In this document: one piece after another, positions 50,775 through 52,936 of the stretch | Position numbering within the stretch: the stretch's first letter is position 1 | Layout: every line of letters starts with the position of its first letter | IMG/VR virus record: IMGVR_UViG_3300045988_058324 | From: a virus | Length of the DNA stretch: 52,936 bases | Direction: 5' to 3' (one strand) | The notes under the pieces: generated by a model | The model's input: the letters and a program-made list of their open reading frames with translations, nothing else | The model's database searches: none | Told to the model about the DNA's origin: nothing | Translations under genes and position numbers: made by a program

Positions 50775-51380
50775 ATGAACGAAGGTGTATCTTTAGCTGA
50801 CATCGCAGCCGTTACAGATAAGAACGACGGTATGTTCGGTGGTGGAAATGGCGGAATGTGGATTTTCGCCTTACTAATTCTCTTACTCATTGGTGGAGGT
50901 GGATTCTTTGGAAACAGAGGTCCTGCAATGAATGGAGAACCAGTTACAGAAGCTGGATTATGTAATGCTATGAACTTCAACAACCTTGAGAACTCAGTGG
51001 GTAGATTAAGTGATAGCTTACAGGCAGATTATATGGGATTACAGAATGGTATCTGCAATCTTGGATATGAAACATTAAGAAACTTCGGTGCAACACAACA
51101 GCAGTTAGCTGAATGTTGCTGCACAACACAGAGAGCTATTGATGGAGTAAATTATAACAATGCAATCAATACAGCTGCTATTAATGCGAACACAACTGAG
51201 CAGACTCAGAAAGTGCTTGACGCTATTCAGCAGAATAAGATTGAAACATTACAGGCACAGGTTAATCAGCTCCAGCTTCAGTCCGCTATGTGTGGTGTAA
51301 TCAGATATCCGAATGCAACAACTTACACAGCTGGATTCAGCCCAGTATTCGGTACAGGTTGTGGATGTCAGAATGTTTAA
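50775..51380 (+). CDS. Gly-rich membrane-anchored protein with Cys clusters
   Basis: GGGNGGMWIFALLILLLIGGGGFFGN (reminiscent of tiny YjcZ-type sporulation proteins), then a Q/N-rich helical region with CCC, ending GTGCGCQNV. Confidence 0.55.
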   Translation: MNEGVSLADIAAVTDKNDGMFGGGNGGMWIFALLILLLIGGGGFFGNRGPAMNGEPVTEAGLCNAMNFNNLENSVGRLSDSLQADYMGLQNGICNLGYETLRNFGATQQQLAECCCTTQRAIDGVNYNNAINTAAINANTTEQTQKVLDAIQQNKIETLQAQVNQLQLQSAMCGVIRYPNATTYTAGFSPVFGTGCGCQNV

Positions 51381-51417
51381 GTTTATAAGTAAACGAGCGT
51401 ATTAGTACGTCAATCAC

Positions 51418-51450
51418 AGAGGAAGTGCTAATATAGTATTTCCTCTTTTT
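51418..51450 (+). terminator. Weak hairpin terminator/attenuator
   Basis: AGAGGAA-15 nt loop-TTCCTCT followed by TTTTAATT. Confidence 0.4.
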
Positions 51451-51471
51451 AATTAGAAAGGAGTTAAGAAT

Positions 51472-51882
51472 ATGATAGAAGCATATGCTAAAAATCAGGC
51501 AATTCCTGCAACAACAGGAATAGTTCCATTTACAGGGGTAACCTTGAAGAAAGGACAAACAGTAGAGTTGAATGGTGTTAATTCTATTCAGCTTAATAAA
51601 TGTGGAGTATATGAGGTCATCTTTAATGCTGTAGCTTTAGCTGGAACAGCTGGTGCAGTCACCATTGAAATGACAAAGAATGGAGTTCCTCAGCCACAGG
51701 CTACAACAACAATCACAGGAGCTACTACTACAACATCAGTGAATGTGCCAATAACAACATTAGTACAGGTTAAGGATAATAACTCTTGCTGTTGCTGTGA
51801 TGCACCAACTATTCTCCAATTCATTAACACTGGAGTAGCTATTACCGCTGACACAAATATAGTAGTAACTAAAATCTGTTAA
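51472..51882 (+). CDS. Beta-rich protein resembling BclA-C-terminal/C1q-TNF-like jelly-roll domains, with a CCCC run
   Basis: LNKCGVYEVIFNAVALAGTAGAVTIEMTKNGV...VQVKDNNSCCCCDAPTILQFINTGVAITADTNIVVTKI parallels exosporium BclA/BxpB-type C-terminal domains. Assignment is tentative. Confidence 0.4.
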   Translation: MIEAYAKNQAIPATTGIVPFTGVTLKKGQTVELNGVNSIQLNKCGVYEVIFNAVALAGTAGAVTIEMTKNGVPQPQATTTITGATTTTSVNVPITTLVQVKDNNSCCCCDAPTILQFINTGVAITADTNIVVTKIC

Positions 51883-51902
51883 TAGAATGGAGGTAGTGAA
51901 GA

Positions 51903-52472
51903 ATGACCATAGGTGAGATTTTTTCCAAAATAGTCGGACATCAGATTAAGGGCTTAATGGTTCACGAACAATTAGCGAACTTTTATGATTTTTTAAGCCT
52001 TCACGGCTATAAAAGATGTCACGAATATCATTATTTATGCGAGTCCTACTGTATGCGAAAAGTACAAAGGTACTATATCAATCATTATAATAAGTTAGTG
52101 AAAAAAGAACCTATTGATACTCCTAAGATTATACCTGAAAGTTGGTATAATTATAGTCGTATGGATGTTGATATTGCTACAAGGCAGAACGCCTTGAAAA
52201 CTGGAATATCTACTTGGATTGACTGGGAGAAGAAAACAAAGTCATTATATGAATCGATGTATAAGGAGCTGTGTGATATAGGTGAAATCGCTGCTGCTTG
52301 TAAGGTTAAGGAATTAATCTGTGATGTAGATGGTGAACTGAAATATGCAGAGCGTGAAGGACTAAAGTTGAAAGCCATAGATTATGACTTGGATGCTATA
52401 TATCTGTGTCAAGACGAACTGCACGAGAAATATAAACATAAGACAGAGAAAATTGGAGTGAATATATGCTAG
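51903..52472 (+). CDS. Putative ferritin-like four-helix-bundle protein
   Basis: HEQLANFYDFLSLHGYKRCHEYHYLCE and later E/H-containing helices suggest a di-metal ferritin-like fold. Tentative. Confidence 0.35.
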   Translation: MTIGEIFSKIVGHQIKGLMVHEQLANFYDFLSLHGYKRCHEYHYLCESYCMRKVQRYYINHYNKLVKKEPIDTPKIIPESWYNYSRMDVDIATRQNALKTGISTWIDWEKKTKSLYESMYKELCDIGEIAAACKVKELICDVDGELKYAEREGLKLKAIDYDLDAIYLCQDELHEKYKHKTEKIGVNIC

Positions 52473-52816
52473 ATATTAAGGAGATAGAAGAAGCAATACA
52501 AGAGTTAGAACAAGGAGAAGCTACCTATACATCTTGTAACAAATTAGCCAGTTTATATATTGTGCGGGATAAATTGGGTGAAAAAGTTGACTTGGTTCCT
52601 GAAAGCAATATAGATGAACAAATAGCTGATATTCAGAGTTTATTCGTAACCTATATGCGAGATAGGAATATAACTAATCTGAATAATATGTTAGATTCAA
52701 CTTATAAGATGATAAGCGAGTTGTACCACACTTGCTCCGACCCGAATGAAAGAAATATCTTCCATAAATTCATTGACAGCATATCCAGCATAAATTCAAC
52801 AACAATTATAGGATAA
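52466..52816 (+). CDS. Hypothetical helical protein (116 aa)
   Basis: ORF track, coupled to the upstream gene, followed by a strong terminator. Confidence 0.55.
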   Translation: MLDIKEIEEAIQELEQGEATYTSCNKLASLYIVRDKLGEKVDLVPESNIDEQIADIQSLFVTYMRDRNITNLNNMLDSTYKMISELYHTCSDPNERNIFHKFIDSISSINSTTIIG

Positions 52817-52847
52817 AGGGAATTTTATATTCCCTTTATTTTTTTTT
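52815..52847 (+). terminator. Rho-independent terminator at the end of the late accessory module
   Basis: AAAGGGAAT-TTTAT-ATTCCCTTT followed by A and T x9. Confidence 0.85.
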
Positions 52848-52936
52848 GAAAAAACACTTGCATTTTTGTTGTATATGTATTACAATACAATCATAAGATA
52901 AAAAACAAAGAAAGTTGAGGTAAATACTATGACAAA
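52838..52936. repeat. Terminal duplicate of 1..99
   Basis: Identical to bases 1-99, including the promoter and the first 8 nt of the first gene. Confidence 0.9.

Noticed and set aside
50552-50983. 143-aa minus-strand ORF
   Set aside because: It is antisense to the late-module genes and spans their intergenic RBS. Its hydrophobic, low-complexity sequence is produced by the complement of Gly/Asn-rich coding sequence.

Overview
The window is one complete, AT-rich dsDNA phage genome. Bases 1-99 are repeated exactly at 52838-52936, so the unit length is 52,837 bp and the sequence is a wrap-around or terminal redundancy. All convincing genes but one lie on the + strand. No integrase or obvious CI-type repressor was recognised, so the phage is probably virulent. 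A tape measure gene with no sheath gene points to a siphovirus-like tail. Codon usage, Shine-Dalgarno sites and lysis genes suggest a low-GC Firmicutes (Clostridia-like) host.

Gene order:
- 92-26,000: early, replication and recombination genes. These are a SNF2 helicase, replisome organizer, DnaC-like loader, DnaB helicase, DnaG-type primase, tRNA-Gln, a T4 gp32-like SSB and a family A DNA polymerase. They continue with a radical-SAM/transferase operon, beta clamp, Cas4-like nuclease, RuvC-like resolvase, RecA-like recombinase and a tau/gamma + delta' + delta clamp loader.
- 26,300-30,400: small genes plus a tandem array of LRR-protein paralogs.
- 30,500-36,700: packaging and head genes (TerS, TerL, HExxH protein, portal, MuF-like protein with a large extra C-terminal domain).
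- 36,744-36,950: one reverse-strand moron.
- 37,300-48,100: scaffold, capsid, connectors, tail, tape measure, distal tail.
- 48,100-49,600: lysis cassette.
- 49,500-52,800: a small sigma-region-4-like regulator and a six-gene cysteine-rich late accessory module.

Operons are separated by seven copies of a conserved promoter cassette and several clean intrinsic terminators.

Most interesting candidates:
1. An SplB-type radical-SAM enzyme plus a GT-A-like transferase, co-transcribed with the clamp. This may be a DNA hypermodification system acting on polymerised DNA.
2. A dense array of about 14 TGTTAATAA motifs, including a 17-bp perfect inverted repeat. It lies between the only minus-strand gene and the capsid operon promoter.
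3. The MuF-fused C-terminal domain and the adjacent moron, as a possible effector/immunity pair.
4. A complete bacterial-type clamp and clamp-loader set paired with only a Pol I-type polymerase.
5. A leader with two interleaved long inverted repeats upstream of the replication initiator gene, plus 15-bp tandem iterons and an A-tract inside that gene.
6. The Cys-cluster late module, which has a sporulation/exosporium flavour.

All functional calls come from motif recognition by eye. No database search was run.
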